A DNA stretch of 32,744 nt, taken from the IMG/VR virus record IMGVR_UViG_3300017727_002534, positions 1-32,744 of that record; one strand, written 5' to 3'. Below, piece by piece: positions 1 to 8,212 of the stretch; position 1 is the first letter of the stretch, and each line of letters begins with the position of its first letter. The position numbers and the translations under genes are program-made. A model generated the notes under the pieces. That model did no database searches, was not told where the DNA came from, and worked only from the letters and a program-made list of their open reading frames with translations. Source of the DNA: a virus. Lineage: Duplodnaviria; Caudoviricetes.

Positions 1-2
1 AG

Positions 3-221
3 AAGATTATCTTCCAAGGCAAACCAGTAAATGAAGAGAATATGTTTCATTTAAAACGTGAACTTGGGGACATCATGTGGTATGTTGCTCAGGCATGTAT
101 GGGTCTGAATATTTCTCTTGATGAAGTCATTGAGATGAACGTGGATAAACTCAAGTCTCGTTATCCTGGTGGTGAGTTTGATGTCCACTATTCTGAAAAT
201 CGTAAAGATGGAGATCTGTGA
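3..221 (+). CDS. mazG: MazG-family nucleotide pyrophosphohydrolase, C-terminal part (5'-truncated by window)
   Basis: Manual translation of frame 3 gives KIIFQGKP...HLKRELGDIMWYVAQAC...MNVDKLKSRYP. The ELGD motif and N..KL..RYP are typical of cyanophage MazG. Stop TGA at 219-221. Confidence 0.9.
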   Translation, partial: KIIFQGKPVNEENMFHLKRELGDIMWYVAQACMGLNISLDEVIEMNVDKLKSRYPGGEFDVHYSENRKDGDL

Positions 222-457
222 AAGATTTAAAAGTTCCATTTGCAATTGTTTCTTTCCTATTGGTTCAGGGAGCAGGTGCAGTATGGTGGGCATCTCAAGT
301 TGATGGAAGAGTCAAGTCTCTCGAAGCAGAGAGTCTAAATCTTGCCAGAGAAAATCGTAGGTACATTGAGCAAGTAATTCAACCATCCTACGGGATCAGT
401 AAAAATTGGAACAATCAATACCATGACGAATGGGTTCTAAAGGGAGGATGGAAATGA
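218..457 (+). CDS. Hypothetical small membrane-anchored protein
   Basis: GTGA overlap with mazG stop; N-terminal hydrophobic helix followed by a short coiled coil. Confidence 0.7.
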   Translation: MKDLKVPFAIVSFLLVQGAGAVWWASQVDGRVKSLEAESLNLARENRRYIEQVIQPSYGISKNWNNQYHDEWVLKGGWK

Positions 458-460
458 ATA

Positions 461-1003
461 ATGTTTGAAGTTTATGATAATTTTTTAAATTCGAGAGATT
501 CTTCTGCTATAGCATCTGCTCTTGAACATAGTGAGTTTCCTTGGTATTGGAATTCATACATTACTCGTGAAGAAGAATTAAAAACATTTGGTCAATTTAC
601 GCATACACTTTATAAACAAAATCGTGGTATAATCAGTGAATGGCATAATACCTTTACTGGTTCCGTTATGAATGGAATAGAGAGACTCTATCCAGACAAA
701 AATATCTTGCTCCTTAGATCAAAAATGAATCTAAATTTGATGCGAGATATTAATGAACCTATCGGAGAATATCATACTGATTGGACTTTTCCTGGTTCAA
801 TACATAGAACAGCAATATATTATTGCAACACCAACAACGGATTCACTGAATTTGAAACTGGAGAACAATTTAATAGTGAATTTAATCGTCTAGTTATTTT
901 CGATGGTAGAATTAAACACATGGGATATACTTGTACGGACCAACAAACAAGAGTTGTTTTAAATGTTAACTATCTTCTAATGGAGTATGAAACCTATGAG
1001 TAA
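461..1003 (+). CDS. 2OG-Fe(II) oxygenase-like protein
   Basis: YHTD (HxD), distal H in FDGRIKH, and R in RVVLNVNY fit the DSBH facial-triad pattern. Confidence 0.75.
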   Translation: MFEVYDNFLNSRDSSAIASALEHSEFPWYWNSYITREEELKTFGQFTHTLYKQNRGIISEWHNTFTGSVMNGIERLYPDKNILLLRSKMNLNLMRDINEPIGEYHTDWTFPGSIHRTAIYYCNTNNGFTEFETGEQFNSEFNRLVIFDGRIKHMGYTCTDQQTRVVLNVNYLLMEYETYE

Positions 1004-1154
1004 AAAATCATTTAAGAACAAGCATAAACAGCAATGGGAGTGGGAAGAAACTCCTGAGACTAAGGCAGCAATTGCTGCTCTTCATGAAGGTATTCGTCAA
1101 CGTAAACTAAAAGACGAAGACGACAAATTTAATTACGATACATCAGGAAAATGA
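996..1154 (+). CDS. Hypothetical 52-aa protein (not in ORF track)
   Basis: MSKKSFKNKHKQQWEWEETPETKAAIAALHEG...; GGAG upstream; fills the gap and overlaps the next gene by ATGA. Confidence 0.65.
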   Translation: MSKKSFKNKHKQQWEWEETPETKAAIAALHEGIRQRKLKDEDDKFNYDTSGK

Positions 1155-1381
1155 AATTACTTACACTAGACGACTATCAAAAAGCAGGTGAAACATTCTG
1201 GCCAAAGTATTGGTACGTTGCCAGAGAACTTGGTGAAGGTGCTAAGACAGAAGATATTCTTAAATGTATGGAAGCAGTTGGTGGTATTGCACTGAAGGCA
1301 GCACTAGAAGAAAAGGCAGCAGGTCCATTTGGTTTTAATAAAGTAAAAGAGGGTTCGGATGATTCTTCAGATTCTGAATGA
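1151..1381 (+). CDS. Hypothetical cyanophage protein
   Basis: Coupled ORF with normal codon usage; FWPKYWYVA motif. Confidence 0.75.
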   Translation: MKLLTLDDYQKAGETFWPKYWYVARELGEGAKTEDILKCMEAVGGIALKAALEEKAAGPFGFNKVKEGSDDSSDSE

Positions 1382-1388
1382 CTAAATA
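1381..1388 (+). promoter_or_regulatory. T4-type late promoter variant (ACTAAATA)
   Basis: Resembles the gp55 consensus TATAAATA; ~20 nt upstream of ATG 1410. Confidence 0.55.
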
Positions 1389-1409
1389 ATAAAAAGTATC
1401 TAGATTAAT

Positions 1410-2165
1410 ATGGACAGCAAGACTTTCAACTCTCTTTCTGAAGCATATTCTGCGGTTTATACTGACAACGTAGAAGAAACGTATACTGTCACTGCTGCTG
1501 ATAAGAAAGGTAATACTAAAGCATATCAGAATTATAAGGCAGGAATGAAAAAGAAGGACGGTAGTCCTATGTACAAGTCTGCTGACCATATGGATGAGGA
1601 GAAGAAAGAACTCCCTAAGAACAAGATGTTCCGTAAAGCAGGTAATCTTGGACGTGATGGAAGTCCAGAGGCAATGGAACGTTCCAAGAAAATCACCAAG
1701 ACTTTGAATAAAGCAAATGAAGAAGTTGAGGCAGAAGGATACGAGCCAATGACTCCTGAGCGCAAACTGCGTGTTGATAGGGCAAAGAGAAATGCATATG
1801 ATAATGATCAACGTGCCCAACACAGTGGTGATAACAAAGAAGCAGATAAGCAGTTCAAACGCCGTATGGCAATGGACAGCAAAACTAAGATGAAAAAAGA
1901 AGAACTAGAAGCAACTGGCATCTTTACAGAAGAGGAGATCAATGCTATCCTAGAAGCTGATGAGCATTTTGACGAAGCAATGAGTTCTTATGACCGCAAT
2001 CGCAAGAGAGCAGCACAGAGAGCAGCAGATAGAAATGCTGCCAGAGCTGCTGGTAAGACTGGTGTAGTTCCTGGTGTAGGTTATGTAACTCCTAGAAGGG
2101 AGAAAGAATCATATACTGATGAGAAGGGAACCGAACGTCATAAGTCAGGAGCAAAGGCTGCCTAG
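1410..2165 (+). CDS. Modular Lys/Arg-rich protein, putative internal head protein
   Basis: Basic segments separated by VEE/MDEE/VEAE/ILEA/FDEA acidic junctions; late promoter upstream. Confidence 0.7.
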   Translation: MDSKTFNSLSEAYSAVYTDNVEETYTVTAADKKGNTKAYQNYKAGMKKKDGSPMYKSADHMDEEKKELPKNKMFRKAGNLGRDGSPEAMERSKKITKTLNKANEEVEAEGYEPMTPERKLRVDRAKRNAYDNDQRAQHSGDNKEADKQFKRRMAMDSKTKMKKEELEATGIFTEEEINAILEADEHFDEAMSSYDRNRKRAAQRAADRNAARAAGKTGVVPGVGYVTPRREKESYTDEKGTERHKSGAKAA

Positions 2166-2172
2166 CATCGTT

Positions 2173-2180
2173 CATAAATA
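2173..2180 (+). promoter_or_regulatory. T4-type late promoter (CATAAATA)
   Basis: NATAAATA in the intergenic gap, 12 nt before ATG 2193. Confidence 0.7.
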
Positions 2181-2192
2181 AAAATAAAAAAA

Positions 2193-3527
2193 ATGGCAAC
2201 TGTAGCAGAAACATTACTTGCCCTTAACGATATTCTTCAGGACTATGATACTGAAGTAAAGAGTGCTGGAACTAGAGTTACAACCCTCCATGTTCGCACT
2301 AAAGAAAGATCGGAAGCAAGGGAAGAAATTAAAGCAGCATTTGCTAAGAAAGGTATAAAGGTAGAACAAACCAAAGTTCCTGGATCTACTTTTGAAGGTC
2401 TAAAGGTATCTGAGAGTTCTTCCACATACTTAAATATTGTATTCAAACCAAAATCTGGTGGTGGATCTGGTGCTGGTGCAGCTGTCACTAAAATGGCAGA
2501 ATCTGCACAAGCAGTTTATGCTGCAGTAGCATTTGGTCTTGGAAGAAAGATAACGCACTCAGATATTACTCCAGATAATGTTAATGCAAATAAAGATAAG
2601 TTTGACATAGATGAAAATATTGAGAAGATCTTGAATGAACTTCCTGATGATTGGATTGAATCGTCAGTCCTGGGTGCCAATGAGTTATGGGAGAAATTTA
2701 AAGGTATTAAAAGTGGAATAGTATTTCATAGGGGATCAAAGACAGTAGATCATATTGAAAATCAATTTAAAAGAATTAAAAAGATTGAAGGAATAAGAAT
2801 TGATATTAATAAGTGGTCTCCAGCAGACATATATGCAACAACACCAAAGTACAATCCTGACTGTTTAGAAAATGAGAAATCAATCAAAGGATTGAATCAA
2901 TGTATGAATGAAAGAATCAATCCATCCGATCCAAAGATGTTTGGAGTTTCTCTCAAAAAGATGTCTAGAACTTCTAATCTAAAGGTTCTTAATTACGATA
3001 AAAAAGATTCTCTGGAAAAAGAGTTCACTAACTTCACCATGAATTATGATAGTATTGACACGTATTTGAATTTTAAAGATGGTACAAAGATTCAGTTTAG
3101 ATCTTTTGGTGGTGCTAATGCATTAACTGGATGGCAAGGTGAAGTGAAAGGTCAAAAGGCAAATCAAGGAAAAATATCTTTAGGACCAGTTAACCTTCTT
3201 CTCAAGATGCATGGTGTTCCTCAGATAGACACTACATATGCCAAAAAGATAAAGTCAGATCCAACAGATATTGTAAAATATGTTAGTGAGGGTCTAAAAA
3301 AATATGCAACAGGATACACAGTTGAAAAGTTTGCTAAATTGCAAGTAGAGAAGACTAAGAAAAAACAATTCGATTCTTGGTTATATTCAAAAGTCCATTG
3401 TATTGCAATCATAGATGCTATCAATGGTATAACAAATTCTGAAAAACAGAAGCAAGTTTGCGAGGATTTTTATCTCTATGCAAATTCTAGATCATCATTG
3501 TCAGCCCCGTACTGGAAATTGGAATAA
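2193..3527 (+). CDS. Hypothetical protein, putative PD-(D/E)XK-like nuclease
   Basis: The ORF is secure. The fold is inferred from AESAQ ... KWSPADIY ... GVSLKK. Confidence 0.55.
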   Translation: MATVAETLLALNDILQDYDTEVKSAGTRVTTLHVRTKERSEAREEIKAAFAKKGIKVEQTKVPGSTFEGLKVSESSSTYLNIVFKPKSGGGSGAGAAVTKMAESAQAVYAAVAFGLGRKITHSDITPDNVNANKDKFDIDENIEKILNELPDDWIESSVLGANELWEKFKGIKSGIVFHRGSKTVDHIENQFKRIKKIEGIRIDINKWSPADIYATTPKYNPDCLENEKSIKGLNQCMNERINPSDPKMFGVSLKKMSRTSNLKVLNYDKKDSLEKEFTNFTMNYDSIDTYLNFKDGTKIQFRSFGGANALTGWQGEVKGQKANQGKISLGPVNLLLKMHGVPQIDTTYAKKIKSDPTDIVKYVSEGLKKYATGYTVEKFAKLQVEKTKKKQFDSWLYSKVHCIAIIDAINGITNSEKQKQVCEDFYLYANSRSSLSAPYWKLE

Positions 3528-3530
3528 ATA
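3523..3530 (+). promoter_or_regulatory. T4-type late promoter (AATAAATA)
   Basis: NATAAATA overlapping the upstream stop codon, 23 nt before ATG 3554. Confidence 0.65.
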
Positions 3531-3553
3531 ATACATAAGGACTAATAACATAA

Positions 3554-4780
3554 ATGAAAAGTTTTCTACAGTTCCTAAAAGAAGCAGGTGAGGGTGCCTC
3601 AGCACAGGCAAAGAAACTCAACCTTAAGAGTGATGGACATGGTGGTTGGTATGACTCCCGTGGAGAATTTGTTGCGAAAACTGAAAGTGGCAAACTGAAG
3701 TTCTATAATAAAAATCAGAAGGTTGGTGAAAGGGACGGCAACCAGAATACTAATCAGGTTACACAGAAGCAAGACGAAACTAAAAATAAGCAAGGTAAAG
3801 AAGAACCCAAAGGTAGTTCTAAGAAAGAAGCACCACCAGAAGAAGGTGAGGAGCAACAGTCTGATACACTAACTATAGTGTTTGGTAGATTTAATCCACC
3901 AACAGTTGGACATGAAAAACTTTTGAGTATGGCAAAGAAATCATCTACTGGTGGAGACTATAAAGTATTTCCTTCACGTTCTCAGGATCCAAAGAAGAAT
4001 CCTCTTGACCCTGATATGAAGATTTCATTTATGAAGAAGATGTTCTCTGACTATGAAGAGAACATTGTCAATGATCCAGAAATGAAAAATATCTTTGATG
4101 TTCTTGTCGCAGCAAATGAAGATGGATATGGGAATGTAAATATCGTTGTTGGTTCAGATCGACAAGCAGAATTTGAAAATCTTGCTCAGAAATATAATGG
4201 TGAACTTTATGAGTTTGATTTGATTCGTGTCATCTCTGCTGGTGTAAGAGATGCAGATGCAGAAGGTGTAGAAGGGATGTCTGCATCTAAGATGCGTAAG
4301 GCAGTTATTGATGGTGACTTTAATTCATTCCGTAGAGGAACACCAAAGAAACTTGATGATGGTGATACTAAAGCACTCTTCAACGCAGTTCGTACTGGTA
4401 TGAAACTGAAGAGTAAGCAAAAGGTTACTGCAGAGATGTGGGAAATTGCTCCTAAGTATGATCATAAAGGACTTCGTGAGAACTATATCTCTGGGAAAAT
4501 TTTTAGTCTTGGAGATATTGTAGAGAATCTAAACACTGGATTGGTTGGTGAGATTATTCGTAGAGGAACTAATCATCTCATTTGTGTTACTAAAGAGAAC
4601 TATATGTTCAAGTCCTGGATTAAGGATGTGATGGAAGCAGTTGTAAATTATCCTGGTCCTTCTGGTGTATCTGGTCCAGAGAGGGAAGTTGGAACTGATG
4701 CAAATAGAAATTATACGATGAGAATGACTGGAACTAGTGCTATTAAGAATTTCATAAATAAGTATAAGGCTAAAAAGTAA
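3554..4780 (+). CDS. Cytidylyltransferase-like (HIGH-superfamily) nucleotidyltransferase of T4-like cyanophages
   Basis: FGRFNPPTVGHEKL (TxGH variant of HxGH), VVGSDR, and SASKMR motifs. Confidence 0.85.
   Translation: MKSFLQFLKEAGEGASAQAKKLNLKSDGHGGWYDSRGEFVAKTESGKLKFYNKNQKVGERDGNQNTNQVTQKQDETKNKQGKEEPKGSSKKEAPPEEGEEQQSDTLTIVFGRFNPPTVGHEKLLSMAKKSSTGGDYKVFPSRSQDPKKNPLDPDMKISFMKKMFSDYEENIVNDPEMKNIFDVLVAANEDGYGNVNIVVGSDRQAEFENLAQKYNGELYEFDLIRVISAGVRDADAEGVEGMSASKMRKAVIDGDFNSFRRGTPKKLDDGDTKALFNAVRTGMKLKSKQKVTAEMWEIAPKYDHKGLRENYISGKIFSLGDIVENLNTGLVGEIIRRGTNHLICVTKENYMFKSWIKDVMEAVVNYPGPSGVSGPEREVGTDANRNYTMRMTGTSAIKNFINKYKAKK
4753..4760 (+). promoter_or_regulatory. T4-type late promoter (CATAAATA) inside the 3' end of the upstream CDS
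   Basis: Same TTCATAAATAA context as 2171-2181; 34 nt before ATG 4795. Confidence 0.6.
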
Positions 4781-4794
4781 AACATTTTATACTC

Positions 4795-6294
4795 ATGTCA
4801 ATGAATCCTCTTAACGATATTTCTCAAGTATATCTTGAGAAGGTAGCAGCCATTGCTGAAAAGAAAAAGGACGATTCATATCTTGAACCCGATATGAAGA
4901 AACGTCAGGCAAATAATGAGAAGGCACGTAAAGAACTTGCTAAGGGTCCTCAAATGAAGAACCCTCACTTTGAGGAAAAGCAACTTGATCCTGTAGGACA
5001 AGAAGATTCTGATGTGAATAATGATAAGAAGGTTGATAAGACTGATAAGTATCTTCTAAAACGTCGTAAGGCAATTGCCAAAGCAATGAAAGAAGGGAAG
5101 AGTACTGATGTAGAAGTTCCTTCTACAGATCTTAAAGGTGCTGTTAAGAAAGCAGTTAAAAGAATTGACACCAATGTAAGTGGTGATGTCAATAAAAAAG
5201 ATAAATCCATGGGTGAATTTGGAGAATTTGTTCCTAGTCCCGATGGTAAAAAGAAAGTAACTACTAAGATTGGTGAAGGATATTCAAACTGGAGAGATGA
5301 TCTTCGTGAAGTTGTTGGTGAAGATAGTGAAGAGCAGAAGCAAGTAAAAGAAAAAAACGTAAAGAATACTATTAAGATCAATCCTAAGATTTCTGAGGAA
5401 GTTTCAATCTTAGAAAACACCGAGATGGATGAAGTAGATCTTGTTGCATATACTGTGTATGACGAGTTGGTTCAGGAAGGATTTGATGTATATGATGTAG
5501 AAGATGCTATTGAGTATGCACTTATTGAAGCAACAGTAACTTTTGGTCATGATACCGATAAACCACATGAGAAAGATACTTCTACTGGTCGTATGGTGAA
5601 GGCAGTTGGTAGACTTGCAAGACAAAAACTTAAGTCTACTGGTAAGAAAGCAAGACTAAAGTCTGCTCAGGCACAAGTTGCTGCTTACAATAAAGGTAGA
5701 GAAGCAGCACAAACTGCTGGTGATAAAGTTAAAAAGGCAAAAGCAACTGCAGCAGCAGCACCTAAAAAAGCAAAGAAAGGTGTTAAAAGTATAATTAAAA
5801 AAGCAGCACAAAAAGTTGTTAACCGTATGAGTGAAGAGACTTCTATGGAAATGTCTCCTCAAGAAATTGCTCTCCAGAAAAAGAAGGCAATGGTTGACCA
5901 GCAAATTGCACAGAAGAGAAAGCAGTCTTTAAGTAAAGTTGCAAAAGAAGAAGTTGAGATTGATGAAGCAGAGAAGAGAATCAAGGTAAAGGGTTCTGAT
6001 AAAAGCAAGAAGATCATGCCTGATGCTGGTCCCGCTTACTACAAGAAACCCAAAGATCATGTAAAGTATGAGGAAGTTGTTAATGAAGAAGGTGCAGATT
6101 CTCTAAGAGACCGTCGCATGGAACGTGGTGGTGTTGATGGTAACAATCGTTATAAGAAACCAGTCAGTAATACACCCAATACATTTGGTAAGAAAAAACC
6201 AAAGTATGATGGTATGTCTGCTGTCGAAAAAGTGAAAGCACAAATCCGTGCCAAGCATGGTCAAGGTGCAATCATAGATACCAAGAAGAAGTAA
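4795..6294 (+). CDS. Large modular Lys/Glu-rich protein, putative internal head protein
   Basis: 499 aa of alternating basic and acidic blocks; LDPVGQEDSDVNNDKKVDKTD loop. Confidence 0.75.
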   Translation: MSMNPLNDISQVYLEKVAAIAEKKKDDSYLEPDMKKRQANNEKARKELAKGPQMKNPHFEEKQLDPVGQEDSDVNNDKKVDKTDKYLLKRRKAIAKAMKEGKSTDVEVPSTDLKGAVKKAVKRIDTNVSGDVNKKDKSMGEFGEFVPSPDGKKKVTTKIGEGYSNWRDDLREVVGEDSEEQKQVKEKNVKNTIKINPKISEEVSILENTEMDEVDLVAYTVYDELVQEGFDVYDVEDAIEYALIEATVTFGHDTDKPHEKDTSTGRMVKAVGRLARQKLKSTGKKARLKSAQAQVAAYNKGREAAQTAGDKVKKAKATAAAAPKKAKKGVKSIIKKAAQKVVNRMSEETSMEMSPQEIALQKKKAMVDQQIAQKRKQSLSKVAKEEVEIDEAEKRIKVKGSDKSKKIMPDAGPAYYKKPKDHVKYEEVVNEEGADSLRDRRMERGGVDGNNRYKKPVSNTPNTFGKKKPKYDGMSAVEKVKAQIRAKHGQGAIIDTKKK

Positions 6295-6329
6295 TTGGAA
6301 TATATAGAATATACAACTTGAGGTTTATC

Positions 6330-6542
6330 ATGCTTTCATTCTTACTACCACTCGCATCAAAGGTAATCTCGGATGCTGTCAAAAAAATTCCAGAAAATGA
6401 AGAACTCGGTGAGAAACTCATTGAGATCTGTCTTGTTATTCTTGCTAAAGCAGTTAAGTTGACCAAGACTGATATGGATGATCAGCTTCTAGAGGTTGTC
6501 TCTAAAGCAATTCTTGCAAGAGAAGACGCACCTGCTGAATAA
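6330..6542 (+). CDS. Hypothetical small helical protein
   Basis: GAGGT SD before ATG 6330 (preferred to TTG 6318); T..DD motif. Confidence 0.75.
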   Translation: MLSFLLPLASKVISDAVKKIPENEELGEKLIEICLVILAKAVKLTKTDMDDQLLEVVSKAILAREDAPAE

Positions 6543-6543
6543 G

Positions 6544-6551
6544 TATAAATA
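6544..6551 (+). promoter_or_regulatory. TATAAATA late-promoter consensus upstream of a terminator hairpin
   Basis: Exact T4 late consensus, but immediately followed by a terminator, so function is uncertain. Confidence 0.35.
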
Positions 6552-6567
6552 AGAAAATAAATGATAC

Positions 6568-6595
6568 GGAGATCATTTTGTGGTCTCCATTTTTT
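6568..6595 (+). terminator. Intrinsic terminator
   Basis: GGAGATCA-TTTTG-TGGTCTCC stem followed by a T-run. Confidence 0.7.
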
Positions 6596-6602
6596 ATAAA
6601 TA
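6595..6602 (+). promoter_or_regulatory. T4 late promoter (TATAAATA)
   Basis: Exact consensus right after the terminator, 33 nt before ATG 6636. Confidence 0.8.
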
Positions 6603-6635
6603 TCTAATAGCAAATGTATTCAAAGGAAAAGAAAC

Positions 6636-7169
6636 ATGGCACTTTGGGGAAATAGTGATAATGTAACCTCTGCTGGCACCGTTAGTCTTAATTACACTAC
6701 CCGTGTTGTGACAGGTTCCACCACTGGGTTTGGTAATGCTGGATCTATTCAAGCAGGTGATGTCATCAGATTTGGTGATGATCCCGTATCTGGTGTTTAT
6801 TTTGGTGATGCTGTCGTAGCATCTATTCAGAGCACAACACAATTAACAATTGCATCTACTGCAGGTCTTAGTGGTGCTGCAATTGCTGCCACTAACTTCT
6901 CTGCAAGTCAGTGTCCTTCATACACTGTTGGAGACGTTAAGTACAGTGAGTCTTCTAGTGGCACTGCTGATGCTTATGTCTACGGTGTAGCAGCGCAAGG
7001 TGCTCAGAACGCAAATGGAACCGTCTTCGAGACTGGTGTTGGTTGGGTTGGAGTTACCACTTATAACGATACTCATGGTAACTACAGAGTTAAGAAAGAA
7101 GTTCTAGTTGCAATGTCTGGTATTACTACTGGCAATGCTCCAATCTATGACGCAGATCCACTAAGCTGA
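6636..7169 (+). CDS. Putative virion structural protein (Gly/Ser/Thr-rich, beta-rich)
   Basis: MALWG N-terminus, GWV and RVKKEVLVAMS C-terminal motifs recalled from cyanophage structural proteins; late promoter. Confidence 0.7.
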   Translation: MALWGNSDNVTSAGTVSLNYTTRVVTGSTTGFGNAGSIQAGDVIRFGDDPVSGVYFGDAVVASIQSTTQLTIASTAGLSGAAIAATNFSASQCPSYTVGDVKYSESSSGTADAYVYGVAAQGAQNANGTVFETGVGWVGVTTYNDTHGNYRVKKEVLVAMSGITTGNAPIYDADPLS

Positions 7170-7180
7170 TAACTTAAGAT

Positions 7181-7573
7181 ATGTTATTTGATGAATTGAA
7201 TGAGGAAAATTTTTTATTATTTGCTATAAAAAATTATGAGAATCCTCAAGCCATTACTAAAGATGATTTCCATCGTGACTTGAATCACTTCAAGTACATT
7301 AAACGGCTCATGAGGAAATATAAGAGCACTGGTGAATTAAAGGTACATTTGCTTCTTAATCACTTCATCATTTTGTATAACATATTTGATGATGCAACAA
7401 CACCAATGCTCTTCTATAAACTTGAGGAGGATCTTTGGTCAACAACAAAAACCTTTGTACACTTTTTAAATAGGTTGCCAGAGTATCCAAAATGTTATAT
7501 TCATGATATTGAAAGTGATGTTGATGCATTAGAAAAATTACAAATCTTATACAACGATAATGGAAAAGACTGA
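7181..7573 (+). CDS. Conserved T4-like cyanophage hypothetical protein
   Basis: FAIKNYENPQ...LLLNHFIILYNIF motif. Confidence 0.8.
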   Translation: MLFDELNEENFLLFAIKNYENPQAITKDDFHRDLNHFKYIKRLMRKYKSTGELKVHLLLNHFIILYNIFDDATTPMLFYKLEEDLWSTTKTFVHFLNRLPEYPKCYIHDIESDVDALEKLQILYNDNGKD

Positions 7574-7766
7574 TCGATTCATACAACTTATTCGTGAAAT
7601 GATCGCAGTCGGTTCTGGTGGATTTACTGGTTCTTCTGCTGCAGCAGGACCAACCGCAGGTTATGATCCTCTGATTAAATTTCAGAGACGTGGAAACACA
7701 GATTATAGAAAAGTCCCAAAGACTTATAAACAGTGGGTAAAATCATTAGATAAGAAAAAGGTATAA
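7560..7766 (+). CDS. Hypothetical protein
   Basis: Coupled ORF; IRE followed by Gly-rich GFTGSS..GP.AGYDP. Confidence 0.7.
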   Translation: MEKTDRFIQLIREMIAVGSGGFTGSSAAAGPTAGYDPLIKFQRRGNTDYRKVPKTYKQWVKSLDKKKV

Positions 7767-7771
7767 CTAAT

Positions 7772-8212
7772 ATGGCATTTGGTCTTGGTAGATTAGCAGT
7801 TTTAGAATCTAAACTTGACATTTATGAAGATCTCTCTAAAGAGATGCTTGACAAACTTGAAAGAGCAGTAGGTACAATCTCAGAAAATAGCAATAGAGTT
7901 GCTATAATCTTGGAGCGTCATGAAAATAGATTGGATGAATCTGATCGTTCCGATAAACTTATTATCGGTATGCTTGAGGAGATGAAGGAAAGACATGACA
8001 AGGATCATGAACTGGTTCAAACTAGGATCAGCAAGATCCAGAAAAAGGTAGATACCAATGCTAAGTTTGTTGTGGGTGCAGGAGCAGTGCTTGCAACCCT
8101 TGTAGCAGTATTACAAGTGATCCCACCAATGATTAGATTCTTGACACCAGCAGCAAATGCGAGTAATATGGTGGAAGCAGAAATCGTCTCTTTCGTAAAT
8201 GGATCAAATTGA
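7772..8212 (+). CDS. Hypothetical coiled-coil protein with C-terminal transmembrane helix
   Basis: Heptad-rich body followed by FVVGAGAVLATLVAVLQVI. Confidence 0.75.
   Translation: MAFGLGRLAVLESKLDIYEDLSKEMLDKLERAVGTISENSNRVAIILERHENRLDESDRSDKLIIGMLEEMKERHDKDHELVQTRISKIQKKVDTNAKFVVGAGAVLATLVAVLQVIPPMIRFLTPAANASNMVEAEIVSFVNGSN
8141..8169 (+). promoter_or_regulatory. Sigma70-type promoter for primase-nrdAB
   Basis: TTGACA-17nt-TAATAT, inside the upstream CDS, 29 nt before the primase ATG. Confidence 0.7.
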
